Assembly (NCBI GenBank): GCA_963776345.1
Contig: CAVZMH010000016.1
Span: 288,001 to 352,000, forward strand
Length of the DNA stretch: 64,000 nucleotides
Direction: 5' to 3'
Source: an uncultured delta proteobacterium
Lineage (GTDB): Bacteria > Myxococcota > Myxococcia > Myxococcales > Myxococcaceae
Below the pieces are notes generated by a model. That model saw only the letters and a list, made by a program, of their open reading frames with translations, ran no database searches and was not told the origin of the DNA. Made by a program: the position numbers and the translations under genes. Positions 1 to 11,837 of the stretch are shown in pieces (within the stretch, counting starts at the first letter, position 1; every line of letters starts with the position of its first letter).

Positions 1-73
1 CCAGGCGAGCCCCCGTCGGAGCCGTAGGGCTTAGGTCCTTTCCAGAGGTGGCACAAGCATCGTGCGGCGACCG

Positions 74-1192
74 CTACTCCTTGCCGAACCACTTTTCGTA
101 GACCCGTTGGTAAGTCCCGTCTTCGTGAATGGCGACGAGGGCCCCGTTCACTCGTCTGCGAAGGGTGCTGTTCAGAGGCACAACGAACATCAGGTCTTCT
201 TTTCTGAATTCGGGGCCCACCATTCTTACCCTGCCGGCTCCGTCATGCGCCGCGAAGTATTGGAGAGTCGGTGCAACCGAGACCACGGCCTCCGCCTTCC
301 CGGAGAGCAGAGCAGAGAACATCTCGTCTGCGCGCGCGTACTCCTGCACCTGCGCGCCGATGCTGCGAAGGTACGTTGCCGACGGCGAGCCGGCGGGCGT
401 CGCCACGGACTTCCCGGGCAAGTCATCTGGGCCATTGATGGCCCCCCGGATTTGTTCCACCGTCAGCGTGGCCGTCATCTGGGCGGTGAAGAATGCGACG
501 AACACGACTCCCACGAAAAGCCAGAGGTTGGCGAACAGCTGGGCGATTCGCTGTTTCGGCATCAGCATCGCCTGACCTAGGAGCCCCTCGGCCGCCCACG
601 ACATCGCGTAGAAGATGCCTGGAAAGTACTTCTCAGTCGGGCTGACTCCGTCAGTGTTCCGCCGGTCGAGGAGCCAAATGACGTTAGCGGGAACGAGGAG
701 GAGCAATGCCGCGGCGACGAGCCAGTAGAGCATCGAGCGTGAGAACAGCAGTCTTAGGAACGCGACGAGGGGGCTCTTCTGCGCCCCGACGAGGGGGCTC
801 TCCTGCGCCCCTTGGCCTGTGCTCACCATCACTTGGAGTCCTGAGTTCAGAGTCGAATAAGTGAAGTCGAAGTCACGGTCGCGCTCGGTCGTGTAGTACA
901 GGCCGACGATGGCGATGTCGGACTCGCCCCTTTGCAAAGCGCCCAAGAGAGTCGTTACGTCCGGAACCACTCGATAGCTCGTCCGTGCTCCCAGCTTCGC
1001 TGCCACCTCGTTCCAGAGTTCGACGCTGAATCCGGTGAGATGCCCCTGGTCCTCAATCACGAGAGGTGGAATGACGGCTGCGACGGTGCGAATTTCCCGT
1101 CTGTCCTGCTCCGCCATCGCCGGCGAAGCGAGCGCCAACAGTAGGAGCATCCACCTGTGTCCGAGGACGACGGATGCTTCGAATGATTGCAT
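74..1192 (-). CDS. GluR0-like ligand-gated ion channel (periplasmic binding domain split by a two-TM pore module)
   Basis: Signal peptide; PBP family 3 N-half (GFSVELW, YYTTERDRDFDF); TM1, pore helix and TM2 (FVAFFTAQMTATLTV); PBP C-half (INGPDDL...DGTYQRVYEKWFG). Confidence 0.8.
   Translation of the reverse strand: MQSFEASVVLGHRWMLLLLALASPAMAEQDRREIRTVAAVIPPLVIEDQGHLTGFSVELWNEVAAKLGARTSYRVVPDVTTLLGALQRGESDIAIVGLYYTTERDRDFDFTYSTLNSGLQVMVSTGQGAQESPLVGAQKSPLVAFLRLLFSRSMLYWLVAAALLLLVPANVIWLLDRRNTDGVSPTEKYFPGIFYAMSWAAEGLLGQAMLMPKQRIAQLFANLWLFVGVVFVAFFTAQMTATLTVEQIRGAINGPDDLPGKSVATPAGSPSATYLRSIGAQVQEYARADEMFSALLSGKAEAVVSVAPTLQYFAAHDGAGRVRMVGPEFRKEDLMFVVPLNSTLRRRVNGALVAIHEDGTYQRVYEKWFGKE
764..811. 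repeat. 24-bp tandem duplication (2 copies, 1 mismatch) inside the channel gene
   Basis: gacgagggggctcttctgcgcccc / gacgagggggctctcctgcgcccc; encodes GAQESPLV-GAQKSPLV on the minus strand. Confidence 0.9.
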
Positions 1193-1317
1193 GGTTGGCC
1201 TTGAGTGACGTCCGGGCGTATCAGGCTAGTGGCTTGCGGCGGGCACGCACCACAGCTATCTCCGCTCAGCCATCGCAGCCGACCCGTTCCACCCACTGCC
1301 CGCCCCGATCGTTCGGA

Positions 1318-1370
1318 CTACTTCTTCAGGCCGGTAGCCTTCAATGCGTCCTTGCAGGCCTTGCTGACGT
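1318..1370 (-). pseudogene. 3'-terminal shard of a Cys-rich repeat protein paralogous to 19912..20331
   Basis: DVSKACKDALKATGLKK* versus NVSQPCKDALKQTGLTK* at the end of the intact gene; the DNA aligns without gaps. Confidence 0.7.
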
Positions 1371-1478
1371 CCCCAGCGATGACAGCGAGCTTAGGCGCCT
1401 TGCCGAGTCTCCGATACCGGATCTCCCGGGGGCATGGCGGCTGGGTCGCCCTCGCCGCCACCGTCTCCCGGGTGCCCT

Positions 1479-2134
1479 TCACCCGCCGAGCGCCATGATG
1501 ACTGCGACGAGCCCTGCGCCGAGCGCAGCAAAGGTAAGCCCGTAGCGCCAGGCCCGTCCTCCGGTGTAGCTGCCGAGCAGGTGCCCATAGCCATACAGGA
1601 CCGCCAGAGCGAGGGCGTTCGATACGCGCATCGCGACCGGCAGGTCCTGGAAGAAGATGAACGGGAGGACGACCGGGAAGGTCGCCAGGACGACGATCAG
1701 CGAAGACGCCGAGCGCACCGACGAGCTCGCGCGCACCCAGTGGGGAACGGGGAACCGAGACCGTGGCGAGGTCCTTCCGGAACGCGTCGACGGTCTCCGG
1801 CCCGATCCTGCCCGCGACGGGGCCCGGTAGGGCATCGGTGACGATGCGCCGGGCCTCGCCCGGATCCGACGTTTCGCGCAAACGCTGCACCAGCCGGATG
1901 CTCCGGCCATTCAGCGATTGCCGCGCTGACCACGTACATCACGGCGTCGGTGAAGCCCCAGGCGACGTTACAGCCGAAGGCCACGTGCAGCGTGGCCCTG
2001 GTCTCCTGAGCGCCCGCGGAGGTCACGCTCAACGCCCCCACGATGCTCACCGCCATGAGCACTCCGAAGATGACCTCGGATGCACGCTCAACCGGGTCCA
2101 GGACGCGAGCATGGGGGGGCCTATCGGTCGCCAT
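1479..2134 (-). CDS. VIT1/CCC1-like membrane protein; two apparent frameshifts (~1910, ~1700)
   Basis: Three frames join into one protein: MATDRPPHARVLDPVERASEVIFGVLMA...GCNVAWGFTDAVMY / ...LRETSDPGEARRIV...GALGVF / LIVVLATFPVVLPF...AMRVSNALAL...VIMALGG*. Confidence 0.7.
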
Positions 2135-2300
2135 CAGCCGCACGATTGCACTTACCAAGCCGACGATGCTCAAAGCTCGTCGGCCTGGCGGCGCGAAAAA
2201 CCTGCGCGCCGTGAGACCAACGTCCCATTGCTGCGGTCGCAGGTGCGGTCTTCCACTGGGCAACGCCCCTCGTCTGAACCGGTGGCCTTGGGAAGGGTGG

Positions 2301-2316
2301 TGGCCGCGTCCTTGCA
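2301..2316 (+). promoter_or_regulatory. Putative sigma54 (-24/-12) promoter of the molybdoenzyme operon
   Basis: TGGCCGCGTCCTTGCA = GG-N10-GC with TTGC at -12, about 30 bp upstream of a purine-rich RBS and ATG 2349. Confidence 0.55.
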
Positions 2317-2348
2317 GCGCCGCCGGAGAAGGAGAAGAAGGGACGGCG

Positions 2349-4502
2349 ATGAACTCCAACACGGCACCCAACGTGCGCGGGGTGGGCACTCCCGGCAAAC
2401 GCACCGTCTACAGCCTCTGCGGAATGTGCGCCGTGCGCTGCCCGATCGAGGTGACCGTCGAGGACGGGAAGGTGGCCTGGCTGCAAGGCAACCGGAACGA
2501 CGCCGCGCTCGGCGCCAGTCTCTGCGCCAAGGGGTCGGCCGGGGTGCCGTTCGAGTACGACGACGAGCGGCCGCAGACCCCTCTGATCCGAGCGGGCGCG
2601 CGGGGCGCCGGCCAGTGGCGGCGCGCGTCCTGGGACGAAGCGCTCGACCACGTGGCCGACAAGCTGCGCGAGACGGTGGAGGCCTTCGGGCCGCGGGGCA
2701 TCGCGCTGTCCGACCGCGGGGGCCCATTCATTGATCTGACGCGCACCTTCTTGGCCGCGCTCGGCTCGCCGAACTACTTCAACCACGACGCCACCTGCGG
2801 CGGCAATGTCCATAACGCCTCGCGGACCGTCTTCGGCTTCAGCCATCTGGCCCTGGTGCCCGACCTGAAGAACACCAAGCACCTCGTGCTGTACGGCCGC
2901 AACATCATCGAATCGCTGATGGTCAAGGAGGCCAAGGCCTTCATGGACGCGGTCTCCAACGGCATGCGCGTCACCTACGTCGATCCGCGCGCCAGCCGCA
3001 CGGCCTGCAAGGCCACCCGCTACTGGCGGGTGCGCCCGAACAGCGACTACGCGCTGAATCTGGCCATCATTCACGAGGTGCTGAAGCGGCAGGCGTACGA
3101 CGCAGACTTCGTCGCCCGCTTCGTCACCGGGATGGACCTCCTGCGCGAGACGGTCGCGGGCACCACGCCGGAGTGGCAGGAGCCCCACACCGGCGTCCCC
3201 GCCGATCAGTTGCGCGCCTTCGTCGAGGAGATCGCTGGCCAGCGTCCGCGGGTGATCTTCCATCCGGGCTGGATGACCGCGCGGCACAAGCAATCGTTCC
3301 ACGTCAGCCGCAGCGCGCTGATCCTGAACGCGCTGATGGGCAACATCGAGCTACCGGGGGGCCTGCTGCTGGCCAAGCCGCCCGAGGCCTTCGGCCGGAA
3401 GAGCCTGAAGCCGCTCGCCGCGCGCGTGCCCAAGGTGACCGAGCCGCGCGTGGATGGCGCCGGGACGACACGGCCGTCGTGGGACCCGAGCATCGGAATG
3501 GTGCACGAGCTGTTTGCCGCCATGGAGACGGGGCAGCCCTACGGCGTTGGCGCCTACATCGCCTACCGCCATGATCCGCTGACCAGCCTGCCGGACGCAG
3601 AGGCGCAGAAGCGGGCTCTGGACAAGCTCAAGCTGCTGGTCTCGATCGACGTGCGCTATTCCGAGACCGGCTGGTACTCGGACGTCATCCTGCCCGAGTC
3701 GACCTACCTCGAGCGGGCCAACATCCTGGCTGGACTCCCCGGCCCGGTCCCGGTGTTCATCATGCGCGATCAGGCGATCGCCCCGCGCTTCGACAGCCGT
3801 CCGGCCTGGTGGATCTTCCGCGAGATCCTGCGGCGAATGGGCGTGAAGGAAGCACTCGACTTCGAGTCCATCGAAGAGCTGTGGAACTACCAGCTCGAGG
3901 GAACCGGCGTCACCATCGCTGAGATGCGCGAGGCGGGCCTCGTGACCCTGGCCGCCGAGCCCAAGCTCACCCCACGCGACGCGCTGAAGTTCCCGACACC
4001 GTCGGGCAAGATCGAGATCGACAGCGCGATGCTCAAGCAGGCAGGGCTCTCCAGCCTGCCGCCCTACGAGCCCAAAGTGGCGCCCAGCGACGATCGCTTC
4101 ACTCTGCTCTTCGGCCGGCCGGCCACGCTGGCGCACGGCCAGTCCCTGAACAACCCGTTGCTGCGCGAGATCGCGCCGAAGCAGGAGCTGTGGATTCACC
4201 CCGACCGGGCGCAACCGCTCGCCATCCGCGACGGCGACGAGGTCGAGGTCGACGGCGGCGGAGCATACGTCGGGCGCCTGAAGGCGAAGGTCACGCCCTG
4301 GATCCACCCCGAGGCGGTCTTCATGCTCCACGGCTACGGCGCCACGGTGCCCGTCGCCACCCGCGCGTTCGGCGTCGGTGTCGCCGACCAGCGCCTGCAG
4401 CACGGCAAGCTCCACGAGTTCGATCCGGCCGGCGGGGGCTGTGCCCTCACCGAGACGGTGGTCCGGGTCAGGCCCGCCACGCCGAAGGGAGCTTCGCGAT
4501 GA
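2349..4502 (+). CDS. Molybdopterin (bis-MGD) oxidoreductase catalytic subunit, PsrA/PhsA-like, no Tat signal
   Basis: CGMCAVRC...LCAKG FS0 cluster motif, SWDEALD, HDATCGG putative Cys ligand, SETGWYSDVILPESTYLER, C-terminal MGD-binding domain (WIHPDRA...VFMLHGYG). Confidence 0.9.
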   Translation: MNSNTAPNVRGVGTPGKRTVYSLCGMCAVRCPIEVTVEDGKVAWLQGNRNDAALGASLCAKGSAGVPFEYDDERPQTPLIRAGARGAGQWRRASWDEALDHVADKLRETVEAFGPRGIALSDRGGPFIDLTRTFLAALGSPNYFNHDATCGGNVHNASRTVFGFSHLALVPDLKNTKHLVLYGRNIIESLMVKEAKAFMDAVSNGMRVTYVDPRASRTACKATRYWRVRPNSDYALNLAIIHEVLKRQAYDADFVARFVTGMDLLRETVAGTTPEWQEPHTGVPADQLRAFVEEIAGQRPRVIFHPGWMTARHKQSFHVSRSALILNALMGNIELPGGLLLAKPPEAFGRKSLKPLAARVPKVTEPRVDGAGTTRPSWDPSIGMVHELFAAMETGQPYGVGAYIAYRHDPLTSLPDAEAQKRALDKLKLLVSIDVRYSETGWYSDVILPESTYLERANILAGLPGPVPVFIMRDQAIAPRFDSRPAWWIFREILRRMGVKEALDFESIEELWNYQLEGTGVTIAEMREAGLVTLAAEPKLTPRDALKFPTPSGKIEIDSAMLKQAGLSSLPPYEPKVAPSDDRFTLLFGRPATLAHGQSLNNPLLREIAPKQELWIHPDRAQPLAIRDGDEVEVDGGGAYVGRLKAKVTPWIHPEAVFMLHGYGATVPVATRAFGVGVADQRLQHGKLHEFDPAGGGCALTETVVRVRPATPKGASR

Positions 4503-5026
4503 GCGCTTACGTGCTGCATCACGACGAGCCCAACTGCATCGGCTGCCAGGCCTGTGAGGTGCACTGCAAGACCAACAAGAACCTCGGTCCGGGCCCGGCC
4601 CCGTGCAAGATCATCTCCGCCGGTCCGGTCGACGTCTGCGGGCAGCCGCGAATGCGCCACGTGTTCATGCCCTGCTTCCATTGCGAGGACCCCTGGTGCG
4701 TCAAGGCCTGCCCGACCGGCGCGATGAAGCAGCGCGAGAAGGACGGCATCGTCTTCGTCCAGTCCACGCTCTGCGTCGGCTGCAAGAGCTGCATCTCGGC
4801 CTGCCCTTGGGGCGTGCCGCAGTGGGACCCGGCCACCAACAAGGTGGTCAAGTGCGATTACTGCATGGATCGCGTCGATGCTGGGCTGCAGCCGGCCTGC
4901 GTCACCAAGTGCGTGACCGGCTGTCTCTCGTTCGGGCGTGCCAACGAAATGCCCGACCCGCGCCGGGAGCGCTATGCACGTCTGCTCATGGCCGAGCCGC
5001 TCGATGGCGCCGCCAGTGGCAAGTGA
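4499..5026 (+). CDS. 4Fe-4S dicluster electron-transfer subunit (DmsB/PsrB-like)
   Basis: CIGCQACEVHC, CFHCEDPWCVKACP, CVGCKSCISACP, KCDYC...PACVTKC; ATGA overlap with the upstream gene. Confidence 0.92.
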   Translation: MSAYVLHHDEPNCIGCQACEVHCKTNKNLGPGPAPCKIISAGPVDVCGQPRMRHVFMPCFHCEDPWCVKACPTGAMKQREKDGIVFVQSTLCVGCKSCISACPWGVPQWDPATNKVVKCDYCMDRVDAGLQPACVTKCVTGCLSFGRANEMPDPRRERYARLLMAEPLDGAASGK

Positions 5027-5038
5027 GGAGAAGTGCCG

Positions 5039-7990
5039 ATGAGCGACCTCCAGCCACTGCCCGCCTGGCTCGAAGCCGATGCGGCTGCGCTCGCGGGTGC
5101 CACTCCCCCGGCAGCCACGCTCGCCGGCGCCCTCCCCGGCCTCACCAGGGCACAGTCACTGACCCCGCTGCAGCGCCTGCAGCACCTGCAGCGGGCGGGG
5201 CTCGCCGAGTGCGCGCCGGGGGGGCAGCCCGTTCATCTGGCCTGGCGCCAGTTCCTGCGCGGTCACGGCCCGTCGGTGCTGGCGATCGACGCCACCAGCT
5301 TCGATGAGCGCGCCCGCGGGGCCGCCACGGTTCTCGGCGGCGCTCCTTGGCTGTTGGCCGAGGGGCTGATGATTGCTGCCGGCCTCCGCGACAGCGACAC
5401 CGTCGAGCTGCGCCTGCCCGCCGAGCTGACCGGTCGCGAGGCCCCCTTCCTGAACGCGGTGGATGCCATCCGAGCACTGGCGCAGGTCTCGGGACCGCGC
5501 AAGCGCATCGCGGTGCTGCGCGACTGCAAGCCGAGCAGCTGGGGCGAGGGCCCACCAGGGGACGGGGCGCGACTGGTGCACACGCCCGAGACCTGGTGCC
5601 GGATCGCCCTGCTGTTCGCGGACGCATCGGGACCCGATGCGTCGCTGCTCACCCTGCGCCGCGGCATGAAGCAGCGTGGCCTGGTCGAGCTGATTCGACC
5701 GGGCAACCTGCGCCGGCAGATCGACGACTGGGGCGGCGGGATCGAGGTCCAGGGCCAGGACCCGCTCGTGGTGTTCGACGACGGTCTCGGCGGCTTCCTT
5801 CCGCTGTCGAAGGCGGACCTGTCGTGCGAACCGCTGGCGCTCGCCGAAGCGGGAGTCGTCCCGGTGCCATCGACCCTGATGGTGATGGCGCCGGGGGTGT
5901 GCCTGGTCAAGCAGACCGGGCGCGCGCTGTATCGTCACTGGCAGGGTGCCGAGGGCGAGGAGGCCCCCGTGCGCGGGCTGCTGGCGCGCGCCGCCCGCCT
6001 GGTCGCGGAGATCTCGCTCGGGCGGGGGGACGACCTCCATCTCGCGTCACTCGACGAGCTGGCCCTCGATCTCGCCGCCCAGGGCCTCGCCGCGGCATGG
6101 CCCCTGGGCAGCTCGTTGCGCTATTTCCGTGAGCAGTGGCAGCAGCATGCACGCCGGGAGTCGTGTCCAGAGGGGCTGTGCCTGGAGCGCAACGCCGCGC
6201 CCTGCCACCGCACCTGTCCGGCCAATATCGACATCCCGAGCTTCATGGCCCATCTCGGCCGTGGCGACCATCGCGCGACGATCGAGACCATCCGGCGCGA
6301 CAACCCACTGCCGCTGGTCTGCGGCCTGGTCTGTCCGGCGCCATGCGAATCGGCCTGCGTGCGAGCCAGCAGCGATGGCGCGGTGTTCATCCGGCCGTTG
6401 AAGGCCAAGGCCGCCGAACATTGCCTGGCCAATGGGGGCTATCCGAAACCCGAGATCGCGGCCGCCACCGGCAAGCGGATCGGCATCATCGGCTCCGGTC
6501 CCTCCGGCCTCACCGCGGCCTACTACCTCCGCACCTACGGCCACCAGGTCGAGATCTTCGAGGCGCAGGAAAAGGCCGGAGGCATGCTGCGCTATGGCAT
6601 CCCTGCGTATCGCCTTCCGCCGGAACTGCTCGAGCAGGAGCTCGACCAGATCCGGGTCCTGGGCATTCCGATCCACACCAGCGCCAAGGTCGGCAGCCTG
6701 GAGGCATTCCGAAAGAACTATGACGCCGTCTTCCTCGGACTGGGCACCCAGATGGCCCGCCTGCTCCCCATCGAAGGCGTGCATCAGCCGTTCGTGCTGG
6801 GCGGCATCGACTTCCTGCGTTCGGTGCGCAGCGGCGAAGCGATGCCTGTCGGGCCGCGCGTCGTGGTCATCGGGGGCGGCAACGTGGCGATCGACGTGGC
6901 GCTCACTGCGTTGCGCCAGGGCGGAAAGCAGGTCGACCTGGTGTGTCTAGAGAAGCGGCGCGACATGCCGGCCAGCCCGCACGAGATCGAGGAGGCTGTC
7001 GCCGAAGGCGTGCAGGTGCGGGCGGGATGGGGTCCGCTGCGCATCGAGGAGGAGGGCGAGGTCGTCTTCCAGTTCTGCGAGAGCGTGAAGGACGCCACCG
7101 GCAAGTTCAATCCCCAGTTCGACACCGCTCGCCTCCTGACGCTCGAGGCCGATCATGTGCTCCTGGCCGCGGGCCAGGGCACCGACCTGGCGATCCTGGA
7201 AGGTAGCGAGGTCGAGAACACACGGGGCTTCATCGTCGCGGATCCGAAGACGCTGATGACCAAGGTGCCGGGAGTCTTCGCCGGCGGCGACGCGCAGCAG
7301 GGTCCACGCACGGCGGTCGAGGCGATCCGAGCCGGCAAGATCGCCGCCTCCGCCATCGACGCGTGGCTGCGCGGCGCGCCGATGGACAAGACGACCGGCA
7401 AGCCGGTCCGCCGCGCCGAACTCGTCCCGCTGGTGGTCGAGGCACGGGATCGCAGCCATCGCCGGCGGGCGATGATGCCCGAGAAGAGCGTGGAAGAGGT
7501 GCTCGGCGAAGGCAACTTCGTGCGCATCGAGCAGGGCTTGACCGACACCATGGCGCAGGAGGAGGTGCGCCGCTGCTTGCGCTGTGACGTGTGCATCGGC
7601 TGCGGCCTGTGCATGGCCGCGTGCAGCGAGATGGGCATCGAGGCGCTGCGCATGGGCGACACGACTGCGGGCCGGCTCGCCTACTTCGACTTCACCCGGC
7701 CGGCGGAGCGCTGCATCGGCTGCGGTGCCTGCAGCCAGGTTTGCCCGACGGGCGCGATCCGCGTCGAGGACCGGGACGGAGTGCGGCGCACGATCATCAC
7801 CGGCACGGTCGTGAAGGAGCAGCCCTTGCTCGCCTGCAGCGAATGCGGCGGCCCGACACAGACCGCCGCCCACCGTGACTACGTCCGCCGGCGCCTGCCG
7901 GATCACATGGCGGCGCTGCTGGACCGCGAGCTGTGTCAGTCGTGCGCACGCGGGCGCGCCGATCGCCCCAGGTCGGGGCTGCGAGTCTGA
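5039..7990 (+). CDS. Fusion of a degenerate NuoF/HydB-like domain, a GltD-like FAD/NAD(P)H oxidoreductase and C-terminal 4Fe-4S domains
   Basis: APCHRTCP, CGLVCPAPCESAC, IGSGPSG, GGMLRYGIP, IGGGNVAID, VFAGGD, then CIGCGLCMAAC, CIGCGACSQVCP and CSEC...CQSC; the N-terminus follows the NuoF layout (PWLLAEGLMIAA, SLRYFREQW..H...CPEGLC). Confidence 0.85.
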   Translation: MSDLQPLPAWLEADAAALAGATPPAATLAGALPGLTRAQSLTPLQRLQHLQRAGLAECAPGGQPVHLAWRQFLRGHGPSVLAIDATSFDERARGAATVLGGAPWLLAEGLMIAAGLRDSDTVELRLPAELTGREAPFLNAVDAIRALAQVSGPRKRIAVLRDCKPSSWGEGPPGDGARLVHTPETWCRIALLFADASGPDASLLTLRRGMKQRGLVELIRPGNLRRQIDDWGGGIEVQGQDPLVVFDDGLGGFLPLSKADLSCEPLALAEAGVVPVPSTLMVMAPGVCLVKQTGRALYRHWQGAEGEEAPVRGLLARAARLVAEISLGRGDDLHLASLDELALDLAAQGLAAAWPLGSSLRYFREQWQQHARRESCPEGLCLERNAAPCHRTCPANIDIPSFMAHLGRGDHRATIETIRRDNPLPLVCGLVCPAPCESACVRASSDGAVFIRPLKAKAAEHCLANGGYPKPEIAAATGKRIGIIGSGPSGLTAAYYLRTYGHQVEIFEAQEKAGGMLRYGIPAYRLPPELLEQELDQIRVLGIPIHTSAKVGSLEAFRKNYDAVFLGLGTQMARLLPIEGVHQPFVLGGIDFLRSVRSGEAMPVGPRVVVIGGGNVAIDVALTALRQGGKQVDLVCLEKRRDMPASPHEIEEAVAEGVQVRAGWGPLRIEEEGEVVFQFCESVKDATGKFNPQFDTARLLTLEADHVLLAAGQGTDLAILEGSEVENTRGFIVADPKTLMTKVPGVFAGGDAQQGPRTAVEAIRAGKIAASAIDAWLRGAPMDKTTGKPVRRAELVPLVVEARDRSHRRRAMMPEKSVEEVLGEGNFVRIEQGLTDTMAQEEVRRCLRCDVCIGCGLCMAACSEMGIEALRMGDTTAGRLAYFDFTRPAERCIGCGACSQVCPTGAIRVEDRDGVRRTIITGTVVKEQPLLACSECGGPTQTAAHRDYVRRRLPDHMAALLDRELCQSCARGRADRPRSGLRV

Positions 7991-8019
7991 ACCGATGTGA
8001 AGCACTCTGGGTGCCTCGA

Positions 8020-8994
8020 ATGAGCGTCATCCCGTCGATCCTCGTCGCCATTTCCCTCTGCGCCGAGTCCACCGCGGCCGCTGGAGGCGAGACGGGGCAG
8101 CTCACGCCCACACCGGCCGAGCAGAAGCTGACGCGCGAGCTGGGCGGCCACACGTTCCTGCCCTCCCACGTCATCGACAGCCCGTTCTCGGAGACGTTCG
8201 TCTGGTTGTCCATCGGGCTCGGTGCCGGAGAGGCGCTGGGCAGCACCCTCCAGCTGAACCCACCGGCCATCCTCCCCGAGAGCCGGTGGTACGGCTTCAC
8301 CGGCCTCGGCCTCCTGGCGTCCGGCGGCGTTCGGATCCTCGAGTACCTCTCGCTACGCGCGGCCGTCGGCACCGAGGCCTACATCGGGAACGGGACGGAC
8401 GCCGCGCTCACGGTCGGGAGCAGCGCGCGCATCACCGCAGGGTTGGGCGCAAAGGGCAGCTTGCCCGTGGGCGAGACGCTCCGGTTCGCTGCGACCTTCG
8501 ACGCGACCTACGGTCCGGTCTACTCGGTTCTCATCGCCGAGGGACTGCTCGACGCCATCAACAGCGGGCGGATCAGCGCCTCGGAGTTCGTCCAGAACTA
8601 CAGCACCTTCACCTGGACTGGTGGGCTCGTCGGATCGTGGGCTCCGTGGCCCTTCCTGGGCTTCACGCTCAATGGCAGATTCCTGTTACCCACCAAGAAC
8701 GGAAAGGCCTCCTATGCCCAGAACGGCATCTTCGCGGCCGCGATGGCGGACTTCGACGCGCGGCCGATCTGGTCGTGGCTTCCCATGGGCCTGAGCGCCG
8801 CCTACTCGGTCATCGCGCCCACCAGCGGGAACGGAGTCTCCGCGCTGCAGACGTTCGGGTTCGGGCTCTACTACACCGGGCGTCGCGACCTCGGACTCGG
8901 CCTTCAGTTCGAGTGGAGAACGGGCACGCTGGCGAGCGGGCAGAGCAGCCGGGCCGCTCTCGGCTTTCTGGACCTGAAGTACTACTGGAACTGA
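8020..8994 (+). CDS. Hypothetical exported protein, probable outer-membrane beta-barrel
   Basis: Signal-like N-terminus, Gly/aromatic amphipathic strands, C-terminus LDLKYYWN. Confidence 0.55.
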   Translation: MSVIPSILVAISLCAESTAAAGGETGQLTPTPAEQKLTRELGGHTFLPSHVIDSPFSETFVWLSIGLGAGEALGSTLQLNPPAILPESRWYGFTGLGLLASGGVRILEYLSLRAAVGTEAYIGNGTDAALTVGSSARITAGLGAKGSLPVGETLRFAATFDATYGPVYSVLIAEGLLDAINSGRISASEFVQNYSTFTWTGGLVGSWAPWPFLGFTLNGRFLLPTKNGKASYAQNGIFAAAMADFDARPIWSWLPMGLSAAYSVIAPTSGNGVSALQTFGFGLYYTGRRDLGLGLQFEWRTGTLASGQSSRAALGFLDLKYYWN

Positions 8995-9014
8995 CTCCGA
9001 CCGGAGGACCCGCG

Positions 9015-11754
<2,740 letters not shown>

Positions 11755-11837
11755 CACAACGGGAAAGCTGGTAGGCCCGGGCGTCGTCGGCCGGTGAAGA
11801 CGGCTGGCCTCTGGAACACAGCGCAGGCGAGACGACG

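Noticed and set aside
47..62. TGGCAC as a sigma54 site
   Set aside because: No GC at the -12 position and no plus-strand gene downstream
2043..2348. 102-aa N-terminal extension of the molybdoenzyme in the ORF track, containing RR pairs
   Set aside because: Overlaps the divergent VIT gene, lacks an S/T-RRxFLK motif with a hydrophobic core, and the RBS and sigma54 motif point to ATG 2349
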